Shown piece by piece: positions 50,016 to 58,487 of a stretch of DNA of 64,000 nucleotides. A model generated the notes under the pieces. That model saw only the letters and a program-made list of their open reading frames with translations. It did no database searches and was not told the origin of the DNA. The position numbers were made by a program, and so were the translations under genes. Within the stretch, counting starts at the first letter, position 1. Each line of letters begins with the position of its first letter. The stretch spans positions 1-64,000 of IMG/VR virus record IMGVR_UViG_3300029983_000007. The stretch is one strand, 5' to 3'.

Positions 50016-50453
50016 ATGGCAAAAGAACAATATCACGAATTAGCAGATTATATAATAGACTATTTTAAAGTCTTAGAAGAAAAATTATGCATTCCAATAA
50101 ACTTGAAATTTGTATATCAAGCAGACGATAAACAAAAAACACTAATAAAAATATGTAAAATTAACGATAGATACGTGAGCTTATTGAATGCTGAACTATT
50201 AGTTAGTTTTAATGAAAATTTTTTTGATGCTTTTGACGATGAAATAAAAAACATATTAATTGATCAAGAGTTAGCATTAATAGAAGCAGATCTTGATAAA
50301 GGTACAATTAAATTGGGAAAAGCAGATTTGATAACATCATATGGTATTATTAGTAGATATGGAGTTGAAGCTGTTGAAAGAGCAAATAAATGTAGAGATT
50401 TATATAATAGTCAACAAGCTGAGAAAGATAAAGAATCAAAATCAAACAAGTAA
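50016..50453 (+). CDS. Phage metallopeptidase-like protein lacking HExxH
   Basis: ILIDQELALI at the usual LL.HEL.H position; D.....GIISRYG. Confidence 0.45.
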   Translation: MAKEQYHELADYIIDYFKVLEEKLCIPINLKFVYQADDKQKTLIKICKINDRYVSLLNAELLVSFNENFFDAFDDEIKNILIDQELALIEADLDKGTIKLGKADLITSYGIISRYGVEAVERANKCRDLYNSQQAEKDKESKSNK

Positions 50454-50485
50454 TAAATAAAAACAAAAATAAATAAATAAAAACA

Positions 50486-51268
50486 ATGGAAGAAAAAAAA
50501 TTTTTCAATTTTAACGGTGATGAAACATTCGACTTAAATACAGAATATACAAAATTATTTGTAGATGGAGATGAACAAAAAACTAGTTCAAATGATAATA
50601 AAATTAAAGATGCTGAAAAAATTATTTCAGAAACAGGACAGAAATATATCGAAGTTACATCACTTCAAAAATATGAATATCTATTCACAAATTTAGATGT
50701 ATTTTTAAATAGGTTTCAAACTGATTCAGAAGAAGTGAAATCAATGACAAAAGAAGATAGAGACAAATTATTTGGTTATGGTAGAGAACTATTTTCAACA
50801 TATCAAACTCAATATAGTTCATTGAATTTTAATTTTGAACTTTCAATGAAAGAATGGAATTATATGGATAATATATTAACAAAGAAATTATCATATAATG
50901 GAAATGAACTTTTTAATTTTTGGGAGTTATTTACTAAATTTATTGATCCAACTAGAAATTACATTAAAAGTTTACCAAAAGGTATAGAATCATTTGTACC
51001 AGTTTGCTCAATTCAAAGTTTAGTTTTGGTTAGTCATTTATTGATGAAACACGAAGAAAAAGGATCAACTGATCATTTCTTCTATTTTAAAAATGTATTA
51101 ACTGAAGTTGGTTTGATGACAAGACTTTTCAATGCTTATGGTGTAGTACTAGAAAGATACACTAATATGTTTAATAATTGGGTAGATGCATTGAACACTA
51201 TGGATGGATATAATAACATAGATAGAATAGATGAAACAGGAACAGTGTCAGAGTCACAACAACAATAA
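50486..51268 (+). CDS. Hypothetical protein
   Basis: ORF track. Confidence 0.6.
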   Translation: MEEKKFFNFNGDETFDLNTEYTKLFVDGDEQKTSSNDNKIKDAEKIISETGQKYIEVTSLQKYEYLFTNLDVFLNRFQTDSEEVKSMTKEDRDKLFGYGRELFSTYQTQYSSLNFNFELSMKEWNYMDNILTKKLSYNGNELFNFWELFTKFIDPTRNYIKSLPKGIESFVPVCSIQSLVLVSHLLMKHEEKGSTDHFFYFKNVLTEVGLMTRLFNAYGVVLERYTNMFNNWVDALNTMDGYNNIDRIDETGTVSESQQQ

Positions 51269-51593
51269 GGAGATTTTTTGTGAAATACGAGACATGATAT
51301 ATAAAAATAGTGAAAAAGCTATTGGTATAAGTGATGTTAAGATTTCCTCATTGAAAAATCCTCATATTATTGATGATATAAAAAATATCAAGATTATTGA
51401 ATTAAATAATCTTGCTGATTTTATGTCTTATGTGAATTATGACCACTACCTAATATTTAAAGTTGATAATTTTTATTATTTCTGTGATACAGAGCTTGCT
51501 TCATATTTGTATAATCTTAGTTTGATTAAAATATCAGATTTTAATTTGTATCTCAGAAAAGATAAAATAAATAAAATAGAAAATTTTAACTAA
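51231..51593 (+). CDS. Hypothetical protein with RKDKINKI tag
   Basis: ORF track; start probably at the internal MIYK. Confidence 0.5.
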   Translation: MKQEQCQSHNNNKEIFCEIRDMIYKNSEKAIGISDVKISSLKNPHIIDDIKNIKIIELNNLADFMSYVNYDHYLIFKVDNFYYFCDTELASYLYNLSLIKISDFNLYLRKDKINKIENFN

Positions 51594-51663
51594 TTAAATA
51601 GTTAAAATTTTTATTATAAACTATACCTAAAATTTAGTTTATATAAAATAAAAACATAACAAT

Positions 51664-51984
51664 ATGCCAAAGTCAAAAAATCGAAAAGGACACGATTCTA
51701 AAGTTAGAAAATATAACGCCAATAAGAAAATTCAACAAGAGATATTAAAAAATAAAATGATGGAAGATTATATTAAACTTCAAAAGGAAATTATGGCTGG
51801 ACAAGCTCATACATCGACAGAGGATGTTATAGATTCAGATATTAATATTGATGAATTGAATGATATTAATGATATTTCATTGATTGATATTGATAATCTT
51901 GTTGAAATTCCAGAAAATGATATTAATGAAGAACTAGTTAATGAAGAACTAGTTGATGTAGAATTGATAGAACCTAATAAATAA
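51664..51984 (+). CDS. Hypothetical protein, basic N-terminus and acidic C-terminus
   Basis: MPKSKNRKGH... Confidence 0.55.
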   Translation: MPKSKNRKGHDSKVRKYNANKKIQQEILKNKMMEDYIKLQKEIMAGQAHTSTEDVIDSDINIDELNDINDISLIDIDNLVEIPENDINEELVNEELVDVELIEPNK

Positions 51985-51993
51985 TTTAATATT

Positions 51994-53034
51994 ATGATAA
52001 CCATAACAAACAATAAAATCTATTACAGTGAAGAACCAATATCATATTTAAATTCAATAGATAACGCTGATGTTATAGATCCAAATGATATACTACTTTT
52101 CTTGTCTGATACAGTTGAATTGGGAGAAAATCTAATATTCAAAAGATTATTTGATATCATATCATACAATGTAAATGATTTTAATGATATTTTTTATTCA
52201 TCCTTAGATGGTTATTATATTGATCCATTTCTACAAGAAATAGAGAATAATCCAACTGATAAATTAGATATGGATTATATTGAAGTTAATTGGAGTTGCA
52301 ATAAGTATGACAATGAACTAAGTGCAATATCAACAATTCACGGCGTTTCATATAATGATACAGATTTTTATGCAATAGACTTTGTTCCTCTTAATAATTT
52401 GAAAAAATTGAATATTTCAATTAATAAAAATTTTATTGTGTATGATTATAATAAATTAATAGAGGGTAAAAATGAAGAAGAATCCACAATTAATTTGGGA
52501 GAAAAATCATTTACTCTATTTGATTTGTATAATGCAATATTTAGTGAGATTACATTTCATGGAGGTCCTCTTGATAAAAAAGAAAGATTTGAAGAATTAG
52601 AAAAATGTATAGAAGAAGAGAATATTAATGCTGATGAATATAAAGAATTAAAATCTTCTACTCTGAATGATTTGATAGAAAAATACGAAAAAGAAGATAA
52701 ATATTTAGTAAAATATAAAGATTTCAGAGATAGAGTAGACGAAAGTCGAATTAAAAATAATGAGAACTTATCAAAATTAAAAGATTGTTTGAAAAATAAA
52801 ATGATTATTTATGATGATATCAACAATTGTGAAGGTAGCTTAAAAAAATATTATAAAAAATTAACAAATATTGAGTTTAATATGCAATCATTGTATGGTG
52901 AAGACGAAGATATTTTATATCACAAATTTTGGCAAACACCAAAATGTACATGTCCAAAAATTAATAATATTGAAATTTATCCTTCTAAAAATTGTTTAGT
53001 TGATGATAATTGTCCAATTCATGGTAAAAAATAA
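51994..53034 (+). CDS. Hypothetical protein with C-terminal CTCP...CP.HG zinc motif
   Basis: ORF track. Confidence 0.6.
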   Translation: MITITNNKIYYSEEPISYLNSIDNADVIDPNDILLFLSDTVELGENLIFKRLFDIISYNVNDFNDIFYSSLDGYYIDPFLQEIENNPTDKLDMDYIEVNWSCNKYDNELSAISTIHGVSYNDTDFYAIDFVPLNNLKKLNISINKNFIVYDYNKLIEGKNEEESTINLGEKSFTLFDLYNAIFSEITFHGGPLDKKERFEELEKCIEEENINADEYKELKSSTLNDLIEKYEKEDKYLVKYKDFRDRVDESRIKNNENLSKLKDCLKNKMIIYDDINNCEGSLKKYYKKLTNIEFNMQSLYGEDEDILYHKFWQTPKCTCPKINNIEIYPSKNCLVDDNCPIHGKK

Positions 53035-53059
53035 ATTAAAAAAGCTTCATATTTAAATT

Positions 53060-53093
53060 AAAAAAGCTTCATATTTAAATATGAAGCTTTTTT
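53060..53093. terminator. Bidirectional terminator, with a 22-nt direct duplication of its left half
   Basis: AAAAAAGCTTCATATTTAAATATGAAGCTTTTTT. Confidence 0.75.
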
Positions 53094-53350
53094 AATTTTT
53101 CTTTTCTTGTGTGCTTAATAGAATATTCCAAACATTCTTCAGATATGCTTTCATAAGTTACACCATTTATAGTATTATTTGTTATCATTCCTGGTTTATC
53201 AGAGTCCCAATAATCAGTATAATAACTTTTACCATATTCAGAAAAAACAATAATTTTCATGCTATTTGTATGATACCAAGGGTATTCTTTAATGTCATTA
53301 CACAATACACTACACACAACTATGTCACCTATTTTAAATTTTCTTTTCAT
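53075..53350 (-). CDS. Small SH3-like protein with RKEKLKKL tag
   Basis: FKIGDIVVC start. Confidence 0.55.
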   Translation of the reverse strand: MKRKFKIGDIVVCSVLCNDIKEYPWYHTNSMKIIVFSEYGKSYYTDYWDSDKPGMITNNTINGVTYESISEECLEYSIKHTRKEKLKKLHI

Positions 53351-53636
53351 TATTTTTAGAATTTAAATAATCAGACTCAATTTGCGTCCAATTTTGAATA
53401 GGACATGTACCTCCAGCATCTTGATATGTTTTAGGCGTGAAAATCTTTGCTTTTAATGCACATCCACATAAATTACATCTTGCAAATATATCAAATTCAC
53501 CTATTGCTATCATTTCTTTGTGCTCACAACCATTACAAATTTCTATACGTTTACAAGCTAAATCATATTCAGGATCATCCTTGACAACAGTCAGAGCAAT
53601 TCTCCAAGATGTGAAAATTTCTTCAATTTTATTCAT
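53334..53636 (-). CDS. Cys-rich small protein (DUF6171-like)
   Basis: R..IC..C...C..CGC.L.AK...CP...W. Confidence 0.6.
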   Translation of the reverse strand: MNKIEEIFTSWRIALTVVKDDPEYDLACKRIEICNGCEHKEMIAIGEFDIFARCNLCGCALKAKIFTPKTYQDAGGTCPIQNWTQIESDYLNSKNNEKKI

Positions 53637-53687
53637 ATAATATAATTATTTTTTGTTATTATATATAAAATTGAAATGATTCAAACA

Positions 53688-54884
53688 TCAAATATCTTTA
53701 TTTGGCGTACGAATATATCCATTATTTATATGATTTTTAAATAATTTTTCTAATAACACTTTTTTACGAGCTGCATTATATGCGCCCACACTATTTTTAG
53801 TAAATTCGCATATGTTGTCATATTTATTAGCTTCTTCTTGTAATGTTTCTTCTGTCCAATATCCAAGTTTAACTTGTTTTTCTGAATAACCTTGATTTTT
53901 GTGATTTTTAAATAATTCATCTAACATTTTTCTACTTTTGGCTGCAATATAAGCAGAACTATTTTCTCTAAATTCTTTTCTTGTTTTATATTTATTAGCT
54001 TCTTCTTGTAAAGATTTTATTGTCCATTTTAATCCACCTGATCCTAATGATCCAGCTTTGACTGAATTTATCATAATCCATTCATTATTTTCATAAACAT
54101 CAACCCAATATATTTCCTTTTTTATAGCGTCATTAGAATTTAAATTTTCTTCTAATAATTTATACTTTGGAAGAGGAATATTATTTATTTTACAAAAATT
54201 AATCAATGATTCTTTTTCACTAAATAAATGTTCTTTGTCTCGTCTATTTATATTGTTTGTTAATCCAACATAAGCATTATTATAATTTGTGAATTCATAA
54301 ACATATATAACATAACTATTTTCTTTCCATTCAATTATATTCCGACGTCCTTGATTGTCGTGATTTTTAAATAATTCATCTATTAATCTATTTTTATACG
54401 CAATTTTATAACCTGTGCTTTTTTTCTGAAATTCTCCTCTTGTTATATATTTATTAGCTTCTTCTTGTAATCTATCAAACGTCCAATAACCTTTTTTATT
54501 TACTTTAATATCAAATCCGTTATTAGAATGATTTTTGAATAATTCATCTATTAATTTTTTACTTAATGCTGCACTATATGCAGATTTGTTTTTACGAAAT
54601 TCTCCTCTTGTTTTATGTTTGTTTGCTTCTTCTTGAAGTTTTTCTCTATTCCAATGCCCAATAGTCATTTTACCTTCTTCGTAACCTTTATTTATGTGAT
54701 TTTTAAATAAATCATCAATTAATTTAATTTTAGATGCCGCTATATAAGCGGAGTTGCATTTTTCTCTAAATTCTTTTCGATTTTCGTATTTATCAGCTTC
54801 TTCTTGCAATTTGTCAATAGTCCAATAACCAATAGGTTTACGACTTTCATTTATAAAAATATTATAATTTTTACTTATTTTCAT
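53688..54884 (-). CDS. GIY-YIG homing endonuclease with five helical repeats
   Basis: VIYVYEF...YVGLTNN..RR..EH; 5x W..E.LQEEA.KY..R.EF...LFKNH. Confidence 0.8.
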   Translation of the reverse strand: MKISKNYNIFINESRKPIGYWTIDKLQEEADKYENRKEFREKCNSAYIAASKIKLIDDLFKNHINKGYEEGKMTIGHWNREKLQEEANKHKTRGEFRKNKSAYSAALSKKLIDELFKNHSNNGFDIKVNKKGYWTFDRLQEEANKYITRGEFQKKSTGYKIAYKNRLIDELFKNHDNQGRRNIIEWKENSYVIYVYEFTNYNNAYVGLTNNINRRDKEHLFSEKESLINFCKINNIPLPKYKLLEENLNSNDAIKKEIYWVDVYENNEWIMINSVKAGSLGSGGLKWTIKSLQEEANKYKTRKEFRENSSAYIAAKSRKMLDELFKNHKNQGYSEKQVKLGYWTEETLQEEANKYDNICEFTKNSVGAYNAARKKVLLEKLFKNHINNGYIRTPNKDI

Positions 54885-54947
54885 TGAATAATATATTTTT
54901 AACTATATATTTATAAAAAAATCAATGATAAATTATTGAATTTTTTG

Positions 54948-55027
54948 AACCTATGATGGGAGTCAAACCCACATTTACAACTTCAATTACAGTTACTTGA
55001 TTCGTAGTCAAGACTGGTTACATAGGC
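54948..55027 (-). ncRNA. D-armless tRNA-like RNA, anticodon ACG (Arg)
   Basis: Acceptor GCCTATG/CATAGGT; stem CTTGA/TCAAG with loop CTACGAA; T-arm GTGGG-TTTGACT-CCCAT; no D-arm. Confidence 0.7.
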
Positions 55028-55040
55028 ATATTATATCTAC

Positions 55041-55523
55041 TCATTTTTTTATAACAATATCTATATTTTCTAATTTTTCTTTTCTTGAGTATCTATATTT
55101 ATATTTATTAATACCTTCTATATCTGAATCTAAAAATTGTTCTATAAATTCTTCAGTTTGCATAGTAACATATTTTTTAGTACAATTTTCTTTATTGTCA
55201 CCATAATGACTAGTATCAAATCCTACTATCCAATAATTGTTGAATTTTTTATAATTTTCCTTTGTCACATCACCATCAATTTCTAAGCCTTCAGTCCAAT
55301 TTAAAAATGAATCAGAATCAAAAAATCGTCCATATGTTAATCCTCCATGTACACTTATGGTATTCATATCATCATATGAAACTTCATACAATGGATGATT
55401 AGTAGGTAATAATATATAACCATTCCCCCATCCAAATTCCATTATTAATGGATAATTTTGTATAGTAGATAAATGTTTAGTAAGATAATTCTCAACTATT
55501 AGTGTGTAAATTCCGTATTTCAT
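55041..55523 (-). CDS. Conserved phage protein (HGGLTY...GFD..H) with RKEKLENI tag
   Basis: WGNGY, VHGGLTY, WIVGFDTSHYGD. Confidence 0.65.
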   Translation of the reverse strand: MKYGIYTLIVENYLTKHLSTIQNYPLIMEFGWGNGYILLPTNHPLYEVSYDDMNTISVHGGLTYGRFFDSDSFLNWTEGLEIDGDVTKENYKKFNNYWIVGFDTSHYGDNKENCTKKYVTMQTEEFIEQFLDSDIEGINKYKYRYSRKEKLENIDIVIKK

Positions 55524-55543
55524 AATATTTTTTTATAATAAAA

Positions 55544-55574
55544 CAAATATACAAAAAAATTGTTATATATACAA
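55544..55574 (-). promoter_or_regulatory. Bacteroidota-type promoter
   Basis: Minus strand TTG-N20-TATATTTG. Confidence 0.6.
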
Positions 55575-55581
55575 CTTAAAA

Positions 55582-56106
55582 TTATATTTTTTCTTGAATA
55601 TTGTCAACATCTGTATCAACTATTTTCAAATCATCTTGTATGTCATCCACATGATCTGTTATATTGTCAACATCTGTGTCAACAGATTTTAAATTTTCTT
55701 GTATACCATCAATGTGATTTTTTATGTTGTCTACATCTGTATCAACATATTTTAATTCTACTTCTATATCATCAACATGATATTTTATATCATCTACATC
55801 AGTTCCTATGTGCTCAGTCATAACTTCTATTTTTTCAGATAACTCTGCTATCTTAGATATAATAGCATCAGTTCTACTTCCACTTATTTTAGCAATATAA
55901 CCTAAGACTGGTAAAGCAACTCCTTGAAAAAAAACAGAAACTATATATTGCATCCATGCAACTGTTCCTGATGGTTGACTAAAAAATAATGGAATTATAA
56001 CTAACAATGTTATTATCCAAAACATTGTCATACTAGATAATGAATCTGATAAAAAAATTGCAAATTTTTCTTGCGATGACTTTAATTTCTCAACTAATTT
56101 ATTCAT
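55582..56106 (-). CDS. DUF1003-like membrane protein with 21-aa C-terminal repeats
   Basis: Two TM helices, Q...LPV motif; repeats of DTDVDNI..H.D.IQ..LK.V; true start MNKLVEK at 56106. Confidence 0.6.
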   Translation of the reverse strand: MNKLVEKLKSSQEKFAIFLSDSLSSMTMFWIITLLVIIPLFFSQPSGTVAWMQYIVSVFFQGVALPVLGYIAKISGSRTDAIISKIAELSEKIEVMTEHIGTDVDDIKYHVDDIEVELKYVDTDVDNIKNHIDGIQENLKSVDTDVDNITDHVDDIQDDLKIVDTDVDNIQEKI

Positions 56107-56160
56107 ATATTTTTTATATTTATATATAAATAGTATAAATAATATTAATTTTTTTTTTTG

Positions 56161-56243
56161 TGGGACTAGTGGGGCTCGAACCCACAACCTCCGAAGAGAT
56201 CAGTTTTACAGACTGACATGACTACCTGTGTCATATTAATCCC
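56161..56243 (-). tRNA. tRNA-Tyr(GTA), long variable arm
   Basis: GGGATTA/TAGTCCC; TCAGT-CTGTAAA-ACTGA; TTCGAGC T-loop. Confidence 0.9.
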
Positions 56244-56252
56244 ATATTTTTG

Positions 56253-56377
56253 TGGTAGCAGATGGACTCGAACCACCAACTTCTGAGACATCGGCCCAGC
56301 ACTCTATCCTTCGCTCGTTTCAAATTATTTATTCTAGATTCATAATTATCCCCTTTGTGCTTTTGAGTTACACTACC
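56253..56377 (-). ncRNA. tRNA-like RNA with about 50-nt D-loop insertion, apparent anticodon GAT
   Basis: GGTAGTG/TGCTACC; D-stem ACTC/GAGT around a 60-nt loop; CTGGG-CCGATGT-CTCAG; GGTGG-TTCGAGT-CCATC. Confidence 0.65.
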
Positions 56378-56419
56378 TTTTTTTATTGTAATATTCTTTA
56401 TTTAATTTTTTATTGAGTG

Positions 56420-56498
56420 TACTGCCGAAGGGACTTGAACCCTCATACACCAATTACCTTGTTAATGACTGGATATAAGCCAGTGGGGATACGACAGT
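56420..56498 (-). ncRNA. D-armless tRNA-like RNA, anticodon TAT (Ile)
   Basis: ACTGTCG/CGGCAGT; ACTGG-CTTATAT-CCAGT; GAGGG-TTCAAGT-CCCTT. Confidence 0.7.
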
Positions 56499-56514
56499 GT
56501 ATTTATTTTTGTTG

Positions 56515-56591
56515 TTGGTGAAGTGGGACTTGAACCCACATGTGACCAATTAACCTTTCTACTACTTATCAGGCAGAGGGTATATTCACCA
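56515..56591 (-). ncRNA. D-armless tRNA-like RNA, anticodon GAT (Ile)
   Basis: TGGTGAA/TTCACCA; CTGC-CTGATAA-GTAG; GTGGG-TTCAAGT-CCCAC. Confidence 0.7.
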
Positions 56592-56602
56592 ATGTTATTT
56601 AG

Positions 56603-56676
56603 TAGTCTCGGTGAGACTTGAACTCACGATTTATTGCTTATCAGGCAATTGCTCTAACCAACTGAACTACAAGACT
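56603..56676 (-). tRNA. tRNA-Ile(GAT)
   Basis: Canonical cloverleaf; ATTGC-CTGATAA-GCAAT. Confidence 0.93.
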
Positions 56677-56716
56677 ATTTTAGTTTATTATTTTTTTATT
56701 GGTATGATACTATTTG

Positions 56717-56797
56717 AGCACATTGACAGACTCGAACTGTCGGTGTTTATATCTCGCTTTTGCAGAACGATGCCTTCGCCACTCAGACCAAATGTGC
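56717..56797 (-). tRNA. tRNA-Cys(GCA)
   Basis: GCACATT/AATGTGC; U73 discriminator; loop CTGCAAA; 12-nt variable region. Confidence 0.9.
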
Positions 56798-56806
56798 ATT
56801 TCTATT

Positions 56807-57682
56807 TTAAAAATTAATTTTTCTTCCTTTTGTCCAACCATTAAATATCCATTCATCTAATTCACATTTTTTAATTTTCTTGTTTTTATTGATATTTAAA
56901 TTATAAATCCAACAAGTATTAAATTGTGAATTTTTATTTCCTTTTTGTTGTATTGAATTTTTTTCTCCAATTTTACGTTTCGTTTCATCAGTAATTTTTC
57001 TGCCAGAAAAAATATGCTTTAATTCACCAGATAAATATCGAGGATCATTTGTTGATACGTTTAATGTATTATTTTTATTGTCTTTAACCGTAATAAATCC
57101 TTTCTTGTGAAATATTAATTCACCAGATAAATATCTTGGATCATCAATAGAAACTCTAATTTTTTCGTTGTTTTTATTTTTAACAACAACAAAACCTTTA
57201 CCAACACACTGAAATTCACCTGATAAATATCTTGGATCTTCTGAATTCACAGATAATGTATTATTATCTTTGTCTTTAACCATAATCAATCCTTTCATTA
57301 TACTTACCAATTCACCTGATAAATACCTTGGATCTGTTTTATGTACTGATAATGTATTGTTATCTTTATCTTTAACAGTAATCAAATTATATGAATTAAA
57401 TCCTCCTCCACCTAATATTATATTATAAGTATTACCATTTTTAATAAATTCATCATTTACCAATTCTTTTTCTTTTTCCAACATTTTTTCTTTATCATCA
57501 AAATTAAATAACACAATTTTTTCAAAATTTTCAACTCCAAATTCTTTTATAGCTTTTTTAATATTAGATCCAGAACCCATATATTTATCATGTATGTTTT
57601 CTGTAATATGAATACCAATATAAATTTTATTATTTAACTTATTTGTTATTTGATAAACTATATAATATTTTTTATTTTCCAT
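56807..57682 (-). CDS. GIY-YIG homing endonuclease (Seg-like) with internal repeats, inside the tRNA array
   Basis: YIVYQITN..N.KIYIGIH...Y.GSG; 4x V..DDPRYLSGE repeats; NUMOD3-like end. Confidence 0.85.
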   Translation of the reverse strand: MENKKYYIVYQITNKLNNKIYIGIHITENIHDKYMGSGSNIKKAIKEFGVENFEKIVLFNFDDKEKMLEKEKELVNDEFIKNGNTYNIILGGGGFNSYNLITVKDKDNNTLSVHKTDPRYLSGELVSIMKGLIMVKDKDNNTLSVNSEDPRYLSGEFQCVGKGFVVVKNKNNEKIRVSIDDPRYLSGELIFHKKGFITVKDNKNNTLNVSTNDPRYLSGELKHIFSGRKITDETKRKIGEKNSIQQKGNKNSQFNTCWIYNLNINKNKKIKKCELDEWIFNGWTKGRKINF

Positions 57683-57751
57683 AAGTCGAACTTTTTATCA
57701 CTATATATAAAAAGTTCGATATCAATTTTATTAATATTTATTTATTTTTAG

Positions 57752-57838
57752 TACCGTTAGGTGGAATCGAACCACCGCAATCTATAAGACTGAAAGGTTT
57801 ATGAGACCTCCGTAATAACCAACTCTACTCATAACGGT
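57752..57838 (-). tRNA. tRNA with CAT anticodon (elongator Met or Ile2), long variable arm
   Basis: ACCGTTA/TAACGGT; GAGGT-CTCATAA-ACCTT; variable stem AGTC/GATT. Confidence 0.8.
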
Positions 57839-57911
57839 ATATTTATGTTTAAATATATAGTTAATATCATACTAATAGTATGATATTGTTAAATATTTTA
57901 AACTATTTTTG

Positions 57912-57985
57912 CGGGAAAGTTGAGATTTGAACTCAAGACACTTTGCTTAACAGGCAAACGCTCTAACCAACTGAGCTACATTCCC
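57912..57985 (-). tRNA. tRNA-Asn(GTT)
   Basis: Canonical; TTTGC-CTGTTAA-GCAAA. Confidence 0.93.
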
Positions 57986-57990
57986 TTATG

Positions 57991-58078
57991 CGCACTGGGT
58001 AGGATTTGAACCTACGGTGGAGATTACTCTCACTGGATTAACAGTCCAGACTTTTCGACCAACTAAAGCAACCAATGC
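57991..58078 (-). tRNA. tRNA-Asn(GTT), long variable arm
   Basis: GCATTGG/CCAGTGC; CTGGA-CTGTTAA-TCCAG; variable stem GAG-TAAT-CTC. Confidence 0.88.
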
Positions 58079-58080
58079 AT

Positions 58081-58117
58081 ATAATAACTTAATAATAACT
58101 TAATAATAACTTAATAA
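58081..58117. repeat. 11-bp tandem repeat (3 copies) in a tRNA spacer
   Basis: ATAATAACTTA x3. Confidence 0.85.
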
Positions 58118-58119
58118 AG

Positions 58120-58194
58120 CGGACTATAACGGTTACGGTCCGTTAATTTTACTTGAGTGACAGTCAAGTTCTCCACCAAGGAGCCTAATAATCC
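58120..58194 (-). tRNA. tRNA-Asp(GTC) with non-canonical T-loop
   Basis: GGATTAT/ATAGTCC; CTTGA-CTGTCAC-TCAAG; AACGG-ACCGTAA-CCGTT. Confidence 0.8.
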
Positions 58195-58201
58195 ATTTTT
58201 G

Positions 58202-58286
58202 TACTGGTAACGGGGTTCGAACCCGTGAGGAAATTTCTTTCCACAACATTGAAAGTGTTGCGACCTAGCCACTAGTCCATACCAGC
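58202..58286 (-). tRNA. tRNA-Glu(TTC), long variable arm
   Basis: GCTGGTA/TACCAGT; CAACA-CTTTCAA-TGTTG; variable stem GGAAA-GAAA-TTTCC. Confidence 0.88.
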
Positions 58287-58296
58287 ATTTTATTAG

Positions 58297-58373
58297 CGGA
58301 TTATATCGGGCTCAAACCGACTTCCTCAACCGTGACAGGGTTGTATGCAAAGTATCACTCACACCTATAATCC
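58297..58373 (-). tRNA. tRNA-Asp(GTC)
   Basis: GGATTAT/ATAATCC; CAACC-CTGTCAC-GGTTG; TTTGAGC T-loop. Confidence 0.85.
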
Positions 58374-58382
58374 ATTTTTTTG

Positions 58383-58453
58383 TGGGATAGGAGGTAATCG
58401 AAACCTCGTAGTTATGATTTACAGTCATTCTAAGTAACCCTGACCTCTATCCC
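58383..58453 (-). tRNA. tRNA-Tyr(GTA), short variable arm
   Basis: GGGATAG/CTATCCC; ATGA-CTGTAAA-TCAT; GAGGT-TTCGATT-ACCTC. Confidence 0.82.
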
Positions 58454-58487
58454 ATTTATTCATTATCCAGTATTTCAAAGATCATTT

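Noticed and set aside
56107-56187. N-terminal extension MWVRAPLVPQ of ORF 55582..56187
   Set aside because: It is translated from the T-arm of tRNA-Tyr; the real start is at 56106.
56253-56377. tmRNA
   Set aside because: It has an anticodon arm, lacks the G3:U70 Ala determinant and pseudoknots, and is far too short.
54997-56817. ORFs 54997..55206, 55560..55823 and 56611..56817 (+)
   Set aside because: They are antisense shadows of tRNA-like RNAs or of real minus-strand genes.
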